From assembly GCF_964194155.1 (NCBI RefSeq), contig NC_135916.1:1426001-1490000 (forward strand): a DNA stretch of 64,000 nucleotides, written 5' to 3'. The notes under the pieces were generated by a model. The model was not told the DNA's origin. It saw only the letters and a program-made list of their open reading frames with translations, and searched no databases. Shown piece by piece: positions 26,471 to 40,535 of this stretch (position 1 is the stretch's first letter; the number at the start of each line of letters is the position of its first letter). A program made the position numbers and the translations under genes. The stretch comes from Cetorhinus maximus (Eukaryota).

Positions 26471-26688
26471 NNNNNNNNNNNNNNNNNNNNNNNNNNNNNN
26501 NNNNNNNNNNNNNNNNNNNNNNNNNNNNNNNNNNNNNNNNNNNNNNNNNNNNNNNNNNNNNNNNNNNNNNNNNNNNNNNNNNNNNNNNNNNNNNNNNNNN
26601 NNNNNNNNNNNNNNNNNNNNNNNNNNNNNNNNNNNNNNNNNNNNNNNNNNNNNNNNNNNNNNNNNNNNNNNNNNNNNNNNNNNNNNNN
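26471..26688. other. Assembly gap (218 N)
   Basis: Run of N. Confidence 1.
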
Positions 26689-29317
26689 GCTCTATCTCTG
26701 CATTTAATTTTCTGCTACACTGTTTGTGATTGGATTAATGCTTTGTTTGTCCTGGGTGTGCCTGTGTTTATGTTTTTGTGTGCGTGTGTTTGTGTATGTA
26801 TGCAAGAGATCTTGTGCGCATGTGTGTTTAAGTATGTGTGTGTGTGTTTGCTTTGCTTTGCATGTGTGTCTGTGTGTGTTAGAGCATGAGTCTGCGAGTG
26901 TGTGAGTGTTTGTGTGGGAGTGTGCAGGGCTCATTTCCCATTTGCCTTCGTCCGGTACAGGATGTAGTTTTGGAATTAATTCACATGAAATTTAAGTGTC
27001 AACCCTGTGAACGTCACCTATGGTGGAATTAATTCCCTCTATCTCAGTGATTGTACCGATCGTGTATCTCAAATTTGTGCTCTGTGTATATTTTTCCTTT
27101 ATTGTACATGTGTAGCTTTCTCCTGTACCAAATATGTATCCCATGCATGTGTGTGAAAACTATTTCTTCAATGGGTTAAACTATTACTGTTTCCCGGCTC
27201 TGTTGCAGATTTAGACATGAAACTTTGTATTTAACAAAGACAGGTTTTATTCATTTGTTTTGTTTGAATTAAGGTATAGCATTCAGGCTGCAACTCGGCA
27301 AAAGTCTTTGTGAATGATAATGAGACCCTTGAAATTACATGCTGTGTACCTCATATCTGATTGATTCAGTTTGTAACGATTTTACGTTATGAATCATAGT
27401 GAGCATATTGACCTGGAATGTGTTGTTTATTCATGCTGTACTAATTAAAATTACACTTTCTCCTTATTTCAGATATGGCATGAGATCTTTTGAGGGGAAT
27501 TTAACGTGCCCCCAGACTCTTGGTCTTTGGTACGGGCTGTTATGTTTTAATTATCAACTTACATGTTTTGATGAATTTTCACGTGTAATTTTACTGTAGT
27601 TATCAACATCTGATCTCTCTGTACCCAATCTCTTCTTATTTTGAAAAGTCGGTTATGGAAAAATTGATTTTATTCTGCACCTCTCCATCTCTGGTATGTG
27701 TCTGTGGTTTTATAATGTGGGTGTCTGCCCCTGTTACGAGAATCCAGCTTTCTTCTGTATCTGTCAGTGCTCCCTATGAGAGTGGTGATATGTTATTGAC
27801 TGTACTTGTCAATATCGGCTTTATGAGTGCGGCAGCGCCCCGAAGCCGAATTTCACATTGGGAACACATCAATGACCGTCCTGATTGATCACTTTTTAAT
27901 CGTTAGCAGTGGCCTCCTTCTGTGCAGGGATTAGTTCTCTGATTTGCATTGACAGGATGGTCAATAAGCATCCAGTGCAACAGGCAGTTATCAAACTATG
28001 GTCAACTGCTTGTAAGGCAGGTATGTTAATCCCTGTCTGACCATCAGACTCTATCCTACGCTACACCATCTGCATATAGGAACACATCACACTATAGAGT
28101 TTTGGACTTTTGAATTTGATTTTGTCAATTCCCCGTTACATCATCTAATTTAAAGTGCTTCTGCTGCGTACGTATGTTGTTGCACGGCTCATCTTCTGTC
28201 AGGAGATGGCAGCAGTTCACTGTAACTTGGATCTGGCTCTTTCTGATCAAACATCTAGAAAACAATAGGCCTGATGCTGCTCTTGAACATGGCCAAGCTC
28301 ACCTCCGTTAAAAAGACTACGACAGCGGCCAATTACTTCCGCTCCATACAGATCGACACAATGTGTTTTGTTCTGCACTTGATGGTTTTTGCAATGCAAT
28401 ATTCACCCTAACTGGGTACTTCTCGGTCACTGGATTCACTGATGTGTTTTATGCCATACCTGTTGTTTTCAAGCAAGGGACAGAGATATTGCTCTGTAAT
28501 TGACGGTCTTGGAGTTTCATTTCACAGCATGTGTTGACTGTTGCTGTGTGAGTGCGCTTTTTATTCAATACTTGTCAGATATTTTGACATAAGAGACTGT
28601 GTCTTTTTTGTTACCTGCCAGTTTTTTGATATTGAGTGTAAGTTCTATACAGCCGTGTGCTAATTCAGGTACGTGAATTAGATTCCCTACCAACAGCTCC
28701 GCACCCACCCCCAAACCCCGCCCCTCCTGTATCTATAGGTCTCCGGGTTGTGTAAAAATGACTTTGCCACGATCTCTGTCAGTTCCTGGTAAATGTGTGC
28801 CGGTGTTAGACTGCCCCTGTGAATTTCTGGTGTGTGAGCATTTATTTTATTATGTAGCAGTTCGTTGCTTGGAAGTGATTGGCGCTTTTCTTTTCTCTCC
28901 CCCTCTATTCGTCAGTGTGTAGCATGAGAATGAGAGTTTTTATTCTGCATCTGCCAATGTCTGACATGTGAGTGTGGGTCTCTCTTGGCATTTGTCAATG
29001 TTTGCAATGTGTGTGGTGTGTGAATGTGAATATTACATTGGGTTATTCAGTGTCAAATCGATCATCGTGTGTTTGAATCAACCTCTCAGTTTCTGACATT
29101 TAAATGTGAAAATACCTTAAAATTATCAGTTCTTTTGTATGTCAACTACATCCTGTACCTATAAATCTATTGTAAGCCAATCTAAGATTTACTCATTCTC
29201 TCAGTAATGTTATGTGGTTATGTAATCTCTGTTATGACTGAATGGACTTTTCTCGCTATCTGTCAGTTTTCAATGTATGAAAAGCAAATACATGGCAGAT
29301 GCTTTAAAACATCGATT

Positions 29318-29815
29318 ATGAACATAAGAACAGAAGAAATAGGAACAGGAGGCGGCCATTTGGCCACTCGAGCCTGCCTCATCATTCAATAAGATAATGG
29401 CTGATTTCTTTGTGTTTCAATCCCCACATTATCATCTACCCCCATAACCTTTGATTCTCTTGCCTATTAAGAATCTATCTGCCTCTGCCTTAAAAGATCT
29501 CAATGACCCTGCCTCCACTATCTTCTGAGGCAGAGATTTCCAAAGTCACACAGCCCTCTGAGAGAGAAAAAAATATCCTCACCCATGTCCAAAGAGGGCG
29601 ATATCTAATTTAAAAACAGTGCCCCCTATTTGTGGAAACATCCTCTTGGTATCCACAATTTCAAGGCCACTCAGGATCTTGTATACATCAATCAATCACC
29701 CCTCACTCTCCTGAGACCCAGTGGAAACAAGCACAGTCTGTCCAACCTTTTCTTATAAGACATCACACTCATTACAGGTATCTATCTAGTAAAGCTCCTC
29801 TGAACCACCTCCAAT
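29318..29815 (-). mobile_element. CR1 LINE 3' fragment
   Basis: AACATAAGAAC reverse tail and CR1-type 3' UTR. Confidence 0.65.
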
Positions 29816-30620
29816 TAGTGTGAAGTTATCCACATCAGTTGAAAAGGCAGCATGGGAGGGTACTATTTAAGTTGTGATGGATTGGGAAATGTTGAAGTAA
29901 AAAGGGAACTGGGTACCCGTGCACACCAATCACTGAGAGCAAGCATGCAGGTGCAGGTAGCACTTAAGAAGGCAAATGATATGTTGGCCTTCATCGTGAC
30001 ATGGTTAATTGCAGGAGCAAGAATGTCTAACTGCAGCTATTCAGGGCCTTGGCAAGACCACTCCTGGAGTATTGTGTGCAGTTCTGGTCTCCTTCCTAAG
30101 GGAGGATATATTTATCATAAGAGGAGTGCAGCGAAGGTTCACCAGAGTGATCCCTGGGATGGCAGGATTGTCCTCTGAGGAGAGTTTGGGTCGAGTAGGC
30201 CTGTATTTACTGGAGTTTAAAAGGATGAGAGGGGGTCTCAATGAAAGGTGTAACATTCTGACAGGGCTGGAATGATTGGGTGCAGGGATGATGTTTCCTC
30301 TGGCTGGGGGTCTAGAACAAGGGGTCACATTCTCAGGATACAGGGTAGATGGTTTAGAACTGAGATGAGGAGAAAGTTCTTCAATCAGAGGGTGGTAAAC
30401 CTGTGCAATTCTCTATGATAGAAGAGTGTGAAAGCCAAGTCACTGAATATATTTAAGAGCAAAATAGATAGATTTCAAGACTCCAAATGGACAAGGCTAT
30501 GATAACAGTGTGGTTGGATGGTGTTGAGATATAGGGTCAGCCATGATGAAATTGAATGGCAGAGCAGGCTCAACAGGGCAAATGACCTACTCCTGCTCCT
30601 ATTTTCTCTCTTTCCATGCC
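29816..30620 (+). mobile_element. CR1 LINE 3' fragment
   Basis: KKAN.MLAFI, VQRRFTRVIPGM, EFKRMRG motifs; 3' UTR. Confidence 0.8.
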
Positions 30621-30849
30621 TGATATGTGATAATGGATTTCAGCTGTACCAGTTAGTTCATGTTTGGGATGTGTGTGTATTTTGTTCTGTATTCATATCT
30701 CTGTCTTGTAAGTGGTATATTTTGCTCTGTTCCTGATAATTTCTGATGAACTGATCGGTGGTTCTGTTTAGAACCTGTTGATTTCTGCTATGTGAATATG
30801 GGATTTCCTTTGTCCTTGTCAGTTTATGGCATGAAGGTTTAACTCTGCA

Positions 30850-31080
30850 GCTAATGCAAATTCCAAATACCGTGAATATTGGAAATCTCAAGAAGAAAAA
30901 TCAAAAATGCTGGAAATACTGAGCAGCTCTGGCAAGATTTGTGGAGACAGAAACAAAACTGCCATTTGTTTGAAAACTCCGAACTGATGAAGCGCCATTG
31001 AGCTGAAATGTTTTGTCTTGTTTTTTTCTCCACAGATGCTCCCAAACTCGCTGATTATTCCTCACATTTTCTTTGTTTGT
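30850..31080. mobile_element. Old decayed inverted-pLTR Penelope-derived element (paralog of 8683-8916)
   Basis: Same arms; residual hammerhead core CTGATGA...GAAA.GTT near 30984-31012. Confidence 0.6.
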
Positions 31081-32599
31081 CCCCCATGTATGTTATTTCC
31101 AGCAAGTTCATCTGGCAGTTTCAAATATTTAATTCTGGCTTCCATTCTGACAATTTGCAATAATTGAATGGAGATTTTGCACTGTACCTCTCAGTTGTGT
31201 GTATCTGTGTTTTCTGTACCTGTCAGTTTCGAGTATGTGAGGATTTATTTGTACTGCAAATTTTATATTGTGCCAAGTCGATGTGCATCCGTTAGCTTCT
31301 CTGAACTTACTGTGTTTTTAATTCTTTACCTGTCTGTGAATGGGGATTCTGCACTGTTCCCTGTTATTTACTCTTGTGTGACTGTATTTTTCCCAACACA
31401 CTTATAGTTCCAGCTGGCCTTTACTATGCATATGTCAGTCTCTGTAATGTGAGTGTAGCTATTACTCTGCACTTGCTTGTGCTTGATTTGTGAGTATATT
31501 TTTGAGTATTTTTGCCTGCATCTTAAATGGAATGTGTGTTTTGCTATTAACTCTCATTTGCTAAGATGTGTGTAAGTGGGTGGAACTAATCCTGTACCTG
31601 TACCTCTGTGATATATCAGCGTGATTGTATATCCCCACTAACATTTCAGGGTCACATATGTGAGCATGAAAATGATTTTGTGTCCCTTAGTTTACTGTAA
31701 ATGAGTGAGGATTTAATCATTTAATGTCAGTCCTCTGTATGAGAATGTCGGGTTTATTCTGTCCTATTACTGGATAATTGTTATTTTTCTCTGTCTGCCT
31801 GTCATATGTCTTGTCAGTTTTCCTCTGAACCATCAGGCACCATTATTTGAGCCTGAGTCTGAGGTTGCATTTTCAATTTTATTTGTGATCCTGACCTTTA
31901 CTTCCCTGTATCCCTCTGTTTTTGGTATGTGACGAGTAGTTTTATTCAGGACCTTACACATTTGAATTCAGGTTTATGTGTGTTTTTCCTGTAGCTATCA
32001 AAGTCTGTTATTTGAGTAAGAGTGTTCCTCCCTTTTTAACAGTTCAGTTCTGGAAGAATTGGTTTAATTCTGTATCTCTCTGTCTTGAATGTGCTGTTGA
32101 TGATACATTATCACTCTCGGTCTCTGTTATGGGAATCCATATTTTTTGTGTTTCTGGCAGTCTCTGCTAGGGGAGAGGTGTTAATATGTTCCCTGTACTT
32201 GGTCAATATTAATTTGGTGAGATAAGGTTTAATATATTTATGTTTTTTGAATTGCATTTTCACTAATATTTCTCATTATCCAGTATAATTTATGCATTTT
32301 AATTTCATGCCAGTCATTTTCTAGTATTTGAGTGTGATTTCACTTGATATATTTCTGTCTCTTGCATGCGTGCCTTGGTGAAACTTATTTTCAAGCTGTC
32401 AGTGTCTGGTATGTTTTATATTTATATGTCAGCCATTTTTCAGTGAATGTGACTTTTATTTTCTGTGTTTTTAGTGCTTTTACTTTTATATATTTTTGCA
32501 AATTAGGTAACTGGAAGAGAATCTTAACCTGCAGTCAATCAGTTGTGTGGCACAATCTTGTTACATTTGACTAAGTGTCTAACGTTTACTGCACCTTCA

Positions 32600-34217
32600 A
32601 CAGAGAAAATAACTGAGCAAACTATTGGGATTAAAGGGTGACAAGTCCCCAGGACCTGATGGCCTAAGTCCCAGTGTCTTAAAGGAACTGGCAGTGTAGA
32701 TAGTGAATGCATTGGCTATAATATTCCAAAATTCCCTGGATTCTGGAAAGGTTCCAGTGGTTAGGAAAGATGCTCACATAACGCCCTTATTCAAAAAGTG
32801 GGGGAGGGAGAAAGTAGGTATCTATAGACCAGTTAGTATAACATACGTCTTTGGGAAATTGTTGGAATCCATTATTAAGGAAGAAGTAATGGGGCATTTG
32901 GAAAGTCAAAATGCAATCCATCAGAGTCAGCATGGTTTTATGAAGAGTAAATCATGTTTGACTAATTTGCTAGATTTCTTTGAAGATGTGAGAAGCAAAG
33001 TGGGTAATGGGGATCCTGTAGATGTTGTATTATCTGGACTTCCAGAAGGCATTTGATAAGGTGCTGCACAAAAGATTAATACGCAAGGTAAGATCACACA
33101 AGGTTAGGGGTAATGTATTAGTTTGCATAGAGGATTGGCTAACCAACAGAAAGCAGAGATTCGGGAAAAATGTGTATTTTTCTGGATGGCAAGCTGTAAC
33201 TAGTGGGGTGCCACAGGGTTTGGTCAATGGGCCCCATTTATTTACAATCTATATTATTGATTAGGATTCAGGGATAGAAGGTCCGATAGCTAAATTTGCA
33301 GATGACACCAAAATAGGTGGGAAAGTAAGTTGCAATGAAGAAATAAGAAATTTTCAAATGGATATGGACAGGTTAGCTGAAAGGGCAAATGGAGTTTAAC
33401 GTAGGTAAGTGTGAGATTATCCATTTTGGTCGGAAGAATAAAAAGGCGGTTTATATTTAATAGAGAGCAACTGCAGAATGCTTCAGTGCAGAGGGTTCTG
33501 GGTGATCTCGTGCATGAATCGCTAAAAGCTAATATGCAGGTACAGCAGGTAATAAGGAAGGCAAATGGAATTTTGGCATTTATTGATAAAGGAAAAGTGT
33601 ATAAAAATAGGCAAGTATTGTTGCAACTGTACAAGGCATTGGTGAGACCGCACCTGGAGTACTGTGCACAGTATGGGTCCCCATTCTTGAGGACCGATGT
33701 ACTTGCACTGGAGGCGGTTCAGAGGAGGTTCATTAGATTGATTCCAGAGATGTGGGGCTTGTCTTATGAGGAGAGATTGAGCAGTTTAGGCCTATACTCG
33801 CTAGAGTTTAAAAGGATGAGAGGAGATCTAATTGAGGTATATAAGATTCCAAAAGGAATCGACAAAATAGACGAGGAGTGGTAGATTCCCCTTGTGAGAC
33901 ACTCTAGAACGAGAGGCTATACTTTTAGGCTAAGGGGTGGTAGATTTAAATCAGTGATGTGGAGCAATTACTTTTCTCAAAAGGTCATGAATCTGTGGAA
34001 TTCACTACCTCAGAGTGCAATGGATGCCGGGACACTGAATAAATTAAAGGAGGAGATAGACAGATTTTTAATTAGTCATGTGTTGAAAGGTCATGGGGAG
34101 AGGGCGGGAAATTGGAGTTGAGGTCGAAATGAGATCAGCCATGATTGTATTGAATGGAGGGGCAGGCTCGAGGGGCTGAATTGCCTACTCCTGCTCCTAG
34201 TTCTTATGTTCTTATGC
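32600..34217 (+). mobile_element. CR1 LINE, 5'-truncated (RT to 3' tail)
   Basis: YRPVS, QHGFMKSKSCLTNL, YLDFQKAFDKV, GVPQG, FADDTK, RPHLEYC; GTTCTTATGTTCTTATG tail. Confidence 0.92.
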
Positions 34218-34354
34218 ATTACCAATGTATATAGTCCTGCTAATTTTCAGCTGCATATGTTTAAATTACTACCGTAATACCTGCTTCTTAACTACCGGGC
34301 CAGCATTTAATTACTTAGATGCTGTCAATGTTCCATGTATATACTCACAGATGC

Positions 34355-34362
34355 TTCTTGTG

Positions 34363-34402
<40 letters not shown>

Positions 34403-34690
34403 TATTTGTGTCTGCAGGTGTGAATTTTTGTGAAAATCTGCATGACTGTGTGTGTCGGAGAGAAAGTGCAAGTTTGTTACTGTGTGCATTCATTTATGCA
34501 TGTGTGTGTTTGTGCTTCTGTGTGCGTGAGGGCCTGTGTGTATGTTTGTGTGCATGTGTGTGATTTTTTGTGTGTGTGTGTTTGTGTATGTGTGCAACAG
34601 ATGTTGTGCACATTTGTGTATATGTATGTTTGTCTGTGTGTGTTAGTGCAAGAGCCTGCGAGTGTGTGAATGTTTGTGTGGGAGTGTGCA
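34355..34690. repeat. (TG)n microsatellite and degenerate TG tract
   Basis: Perfect TG run at about 34371-34400 followed by degenerate TG; paralog 26755-26925. Confidence 0.85.
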
Positions 34691-36948
34691 GGGCTAATTT
34701 CCCATTTGTCTTTCTCTGGTACAGGATGCAGCTTTAGAATTAATTTTAATGAAATTTAAGTGTCTACCCTGTGACCATTACCTATGTTGGAATTAATTCC
34801 CTAAATCTCAGTTATTATACTGTTTGTGTATCTCAAATTTCTCCTCTGTATATATAACTCCATTATTAGACATGTGAAGGTTTCTTCTGTACATAACATG
34901 TATCACATTCATGTTTCTGAAAACTATTTCTCCAATGCATTAATCTATTACTGTTTCCTAGCTCTGTTGCAGATTTTAAAATGAAACTTTGCATTTATCA
35001 AAGACCGGTGTTATTCTTTTATTTAATGTGAACTAAGGTATAGCATTCAGGCTGCAACTCGGCAAAAGTATTTGTGAATGATAATGAGACGCTTGAACTC
35101 ACATGCTGTGTATGTCATATCTGATTGATTCAGTGTGTAATGATCTTACGTTATGAATCATAGTGAGAATATTAAACCGGCATGTGTTGTGTATCCATGA
35201 CGTATTAATTAAAATTACACTTTCTCTTTATTTTAGATATAGTATGAGATCTTTGGAGGGGGGTTTAATGTGTTCCTCTGTGAGAACCTAGGTACATTCT
35301 ACAGAATAATTTTGTACATTTCAGTCTGTTGCACTATCTGTAGCTAAGACTGCACTCTTCTGAAATGAATGAGGTGCCTTTCAATCTGATAGTATTTGTG
35401 GTTTTGGACTGTGATTGATGGACCTACCTTTCTGCGGTGCTTAGTGAGTGTGAATTGGGGAGAAATATTCTGTCTCCCCTGTTGTATTTGACTGTTGCGT
35501 TGAACACGTCTATCTGAAACTTGAGATCAATGTGAATCTGATTCCTGCTCTCAGTGATGGTGGAACTGCTGTTCTGTCTGTGCTTTGAACAATAATGTAC
35601 CTATGCCTACTCGAAGCATAGAGCTGCATGATTATTTAAGATGGGAAATCTATAGCTTGGCATTGGGGCTCAAAGAGAAATGGTGGCGCAATGTTATATA
35701 ATTTTGAGATTGCAGGTAAATGTGTGTCTGTGCATGTGTGTATGTGTGTGTGTGTGTGTGCGTGTACATTTACCTGCCGGTCTTTAGTATGGGAGAAATT
35801 TATTTCTTCTCCACTATTTATATTCCACTATGTGAATGTGGGATCACACTGTATCTTTCACTTTTTAACATCTTACTATGGCGTTTATTTCTTTCCTGCC
35901 TGTGAATGGGGATTCCAAAATGCACCTAGTTATTTGTTGCTGTGTGACTGTCTGATTTGTTTTATGAATGTTTGTAATTGATTCTGGGCTTTACTCTGGA
36001 TCATTGACTCTCTGTAATGCATTTGTGGCTATTATTCAGCACCTGTCAGTGCCTGATTTGTGAGTAAGCATCTTACTTTCACTGTTTCTGACATGTAATG
36101 CATATTTTTACTCATTGCCTCTTAGTTACAGGTATGTGGATTTGCATTTTATGTTCTGTATCTGCAATACTGTGAAATGTCAGTGTGATTCATTTTCCTG
36201 TTCTTTGTGTCAGGATCAGAAATGTGAGCATGGAAAAATTTGCTGAAACTCAGGTTATTTCAAATGAGTGAGACTTTACTCATTTGCTGTCAATCCCTGG
36301 TATGAGAAGGTATGGTTTAGTCTATGCCCATCATATTCTTGTGTGTGAGTATTGTCTTTTCCCATGGTCTGCATGTACCTTGTAGGTCATTGTCGATTTT
36401 GCTGTGAACTTGTCAGCCTGTATTACTTAAGTGTGATATTCACATTGCAGCTTTCAATTTAGTGTGTGAGCAAGGACCTCCCCCCACACTAACATCCCCC
36501 GCACTACCCCTGACTGTATCTCTTGGTCTTTCATACAGGCTGTTATGTTTTAGTCAGCAACTTATGGGTTTTGATGCATTTTCAGGTCTGACATTACTGT
36601 AGCTATCAACATCTGATTTCTCGGTACCCAACCTCTTAATATTTTGAAAAGTCTGTCATTGAAAAATTGATTATATTCAACACCTCTCTATCTCTGGTAT
36701 GTGTCTGTGGTTTTATTATGTAAGTGTCTGCCCCTCTTACAGGAAGGTAACTTTCTTCTGTATCTGTCAGTCCCTCCTATGAGAGTGGTGTTATGTTATT
36801 CACTGTACTTGTCAATATCTGCTTTGTGAGTTAAGTTTTAAACTTTCTTGTTTGTAGTGATCTGTCGATATAACTATTCCGAAAATATTGCTCTGGCATG
36901 TGATGTGTATGCGCGTCTGTATTAATGAATAAGTACTTTATCATTACC

Positions 36949-37541
36949 AGGAGCAGGTGATGGTGTAGTTGTATTGTCATTGGACTAATAATCTGGACAG
37001 CCAGGGTAGTGCTCTGGGTTCAAACCCTGACACTGCAGATGTTGGAATTTAAAATCAATAAAAATATGAATCGAATTAATGATCACCACGAAACCATTGT
37101 CGATTGTGGTAAAAACCCTTCTGGTTTACTAATATTCTTTAGAGAATGAAATCTGTCGTCCATGTACATGTGACTCTACACCCACCATTAAATGCCCTCT
37201 AAAATGGCCTAGCTAGCCACTCAATTGTAACAAATGGCAACAAAAAGATCATCGACAAAGGCAATCTCAGCCCTGTTGATCCTGAGGGACAAGGGCAGCA
37301 GATCGATGAGAACACCACCACCTGGAAATTCCCCTCCAAGTGCCTCACCATTCTGAGATGGAACTATGCTGTCATTGCTGGGTCAAAAACCTGAAACTCC
37401 ATTCCTAACAGCACTGTGGGTGTATCAACACCACAGGGACTGTAGCGGCTCAAGAAAGCAGCTTGTAAACCAACTTCTCAAGGGCAACTAAATGCTGTCC
37501 CAGCCAGCGAAGCAAACAACTCAAGGATGAATAAAATAAAT
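36949..37541 (+). mobile_element. tRNA-derived SINE (paralog of 10437-11065)
   Basis: B box GGTTCAAACCC, same body and flanks. Confidence 0.7.
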
Positions 37542-38689
37542 GTATGATACTGTGTGGGATCTTTGGTGTTGAGTCTATTGCATTGCTTTATGAATGCTGG
37601 GTACATTCAAGGATTAATTCATTGAATTTCAATCAGCTTTATTTCCTGATATTTAAATTACAGCCAATGTTCCATTCTTGTGACATGCATGGAGTGAGCT
37701 TCAATTTGATATTGGTTGTGAGTTTGGACTGAAATTGGTGGACCTGCCATTCAGAGGTACTGAGTAGGAGTGTATTGTGATTATTCCAACCATCTCCCCA
37801 ACCCCCGCCTCCCTTCTGAGCGTTTGACTATTGGATTGAGCACATGTATCTGGTATGAATTCCATTTGATTCTGACTATTTCTGTCCGTGGTGACGGTGG
37901 AAATGATGTTCTGTCTGTATCTCTGCACTCTGTGAGTAATATCATACCTGCTGTCAGTAACAATGAGATGGCTGCACTTTTATTTTGGTTGGGAAATCAA
38001 CAGCTTGAAACCGATCCCTTCATGTATTTGCCTAGAGGAAGAAACATATCTCTTGAAAGTCAAGATCAGCTGAGGCTTTGAAAGAAAATAGATCAACGTA
38101 ACCTGGCAACTGATAATCAATTTTTATAATGCTCTACAAATCGTAAAGGACAATAAAGAAGTACAGTCCCTGATTCCACTTCAGCACCCTGCTTCGGTAC
38201 TTTTCAAACATTTGAGTAACATTCAGAAACAGTCCTGTCCTGTCCTCCTCCAAGGATGTCACTACCCGAGGGGACAGGTACATTGGTGCAGGTCAGGTTT
38301 CAATTTCCAGCTCCCATTGTAAGAGCCGTCAACAAAAACCAACAGCCGCTGCGACAATGTTTCTTTAACACTTATCACTTGAAAAGCTGGTGACTGCGAT
38401 AGGTGATATTTACATGATTGTTCCCCATCCTCACTGTCCGCCTGTTTCCACTGTTCCCTGTCCAAATGCCGACAAGTTGCATGAATCAGCAGCTATACTT
38501 GGAATATGCATTACAGGTTTGAGGGGAGAAAATCCCAATAGTTTTCAATTGCAGCTTTCTCAGGTTCTGTCTCCCTCAGCAGGGCCACACACAGCCCCAG
38601 AAAGGCCTCTCCCCGTCCACCCGCTCACTCCAAGTTCCGGAACACGTTCCCGCTCCGCTCCGCCTCTTACAAACAGCCCCCGGTTCCCC

Positions 38690-38950
38690 CTGAACTTACC
38701 CCGAGTCAATGATGATTTCTGTGTCCACACTGACAAACCGGGGCCCTGCTGGAATCAGAACGCTGTTTACTCGCTTACCCGGGCCCTAAGATTTCCATTT
38801 CTATCTGTTTGAAACAAAGATCTCCCGCTCACTGAGTGAAAAACTTCAATGGCGGAGTTGGTAGAAGGGCAGCGCATGCGCGCTTCTAGTCAGGTCTGAG
38901 GAGTTGAATGAGGGCAGCAATGCGCATGCGCTTCTCTGGAATTTTACGTC
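38690..38950 (-). promoter_or_regulatory. Putative CpG promoter and first exon (copy 2)
   Basis: GCGCATGCGC at 38872-38881 and 38922-38931; donor GTAAGT at 38699. Confidence 0.55.
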
Positions 38951-39109
38951 ACAGAATCAACATCATTTGCTCCTCCCCTCAGTCAATGTTCTCCAGCTTG
39001 AGCATCACAACTGGGGCTGTGTGGAACGTTTCATCTAAGGCAGCATCCTGGTTATCTGAATATCCCTGGTCACCCTTGGTTCTCTGGGCTCGTTACTCCT
39101 TCCTCCTTC

Positions 39110-39334
39110 CTTTCTATTAATTTTCCGTAGATTGTAAATTCAGAAAAAAACATCTAACACTCTGAGACATGGGAGCCGCAGACTGTCTGATTCGCAGATT
39201 CCGTGGAGGAACCAATCACATGTGATTTCAGGCTATTATCTGAATAGCTCACATCAAGATGTTTATTCCAGGTGACAATATCAATTATCTGCTCCCGTTC
39301 CCTCCGGATCTCCCTGTTTATGTTGCTCCTCTTG
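39110..39334 (-). repeat. Inverted duplicate of H1 upstream segment 40912-41136
   Basis: Near-identical reverse complement, also visible as the same peptide in ORFs 39154..39393(-) and 40898..41092(+). Confidence 0.85.
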
Positions 39335-39554
39335 GAGCCATTTACTAGCAAAAATTTGCCATGGTGATTGACTTGATTTGGGGGTATGAGCATTTTTATG
39401 GGCAGGGTCAGTTTTCAGCATGATGTTATTTAAATGAGGGCAAAAGTTTGTGGTAAAACACAATTTACGCTTGAAATTCCTTGGTCATTTGTACTGAATT
39501 GGGTGAATTGTGTTGGAAATAGCAGTGAAAGTGAGTGAGGAGAATGCTGAGGCA

Positions 39555-40535
39555 GCTTGGAGAGGACATGTTGAGCCTGTACCGGCCCCATTTCAATTTT
39601 GAACACCCCCCATAGTCCCTCTGTATGTTTCACCACAAACAGGTCTTCCAAGTCTAAATTGGCCATTTCCTGCCTTATTTCACTAAAATCCACTCTCAAC
39701 CAATCCAAAACATTTTTATTTGCAACTTGTCGATTTCTTTGTCCATAACAAACTTAATCTGTACCGTGTTGTATTTGCTATCGCTAAAATACTCACCCAC
39801 CGTCACCTCAGCCACCTGTCCGGCTTCATTCCCCCGAATTAGGTCCAGCCATGCACCTTCCCTTTTTGGACTCCCGACATATTGACCTAAAAAGTTCTCC
39901 TGTACACATTTCAAAAAATCCACTACGTCCGAGCCCTTAACACTATTTATATCCCAATTAATGTTGGGAAAGTTGGAATCACCTGATATAATTACCCTAT
40001 TGCTATTCTTTTTACACAACTCCACAAACAGTGCACATAGTTGCCCCTCAATTTACCGCTGACTACCTGGGGGTCTATAATTAAAACCTAATAACGTGGT
40101 TGCCCACTTTTTATTTCTTAGCTCAACCCACAAAGTTTCATTTGATGCATCGTTACTGCAGTAACTGACTCCTTAATTAATAATTCTAAGCCTCCTCCTC
40201 TTTTACCCCCTCCGTTGTCTCACCTGAAATTTCAACATCACAGAATATTGAGCTGCCAATCCTGCCCTTCCCTCAACCACGTCTCAGTGATAGCTACTAC
40301 ACCACAATTCCAAGGGTTTCAATCCACACCCTCAACTCATCCGTTTTATCTGCAATACTCCTGGCACTTAAGTTGAGGCCATCCAGCCTTGCCTTACTCC
40401 CTTGAAGCTTATTGCAGCTGTACTTCGTCGCTCATGGTTCTTCTACTGGCTTATGATGTGTCCCCATTCTGCTAAAATTCTGTGTCCCCTCCCCCTGCCG
40501 AGTTAGTTTAAACTCCTCCCAACAGCACTAGCCTA
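39555..40535 (-). mobile_element. CR1 5' (endonuclease) portion, same insertion as 277-3145
   Basis: GD.NFPNINW and LDL motifs; same junction AGCACTAGCCTA..GTGTGTGTGCC; further small piece at about 39030-39109. Confidence 0.82.

Larger units (their letters stand above)
28340..36945. repeat. Degenerate ~40-41-bp tandem repeat interrupted by CR1s (spacer 2)
   Basis: Unit starts at 31422 and 31463; unit at 28941. Confidence 0.55.

Noticed and set aside
26396-26729. ORFs spanning the N run and TG-rich Cys/Val ORFs
   Set aside because: Artefacts of the assembly gap and microsatellites
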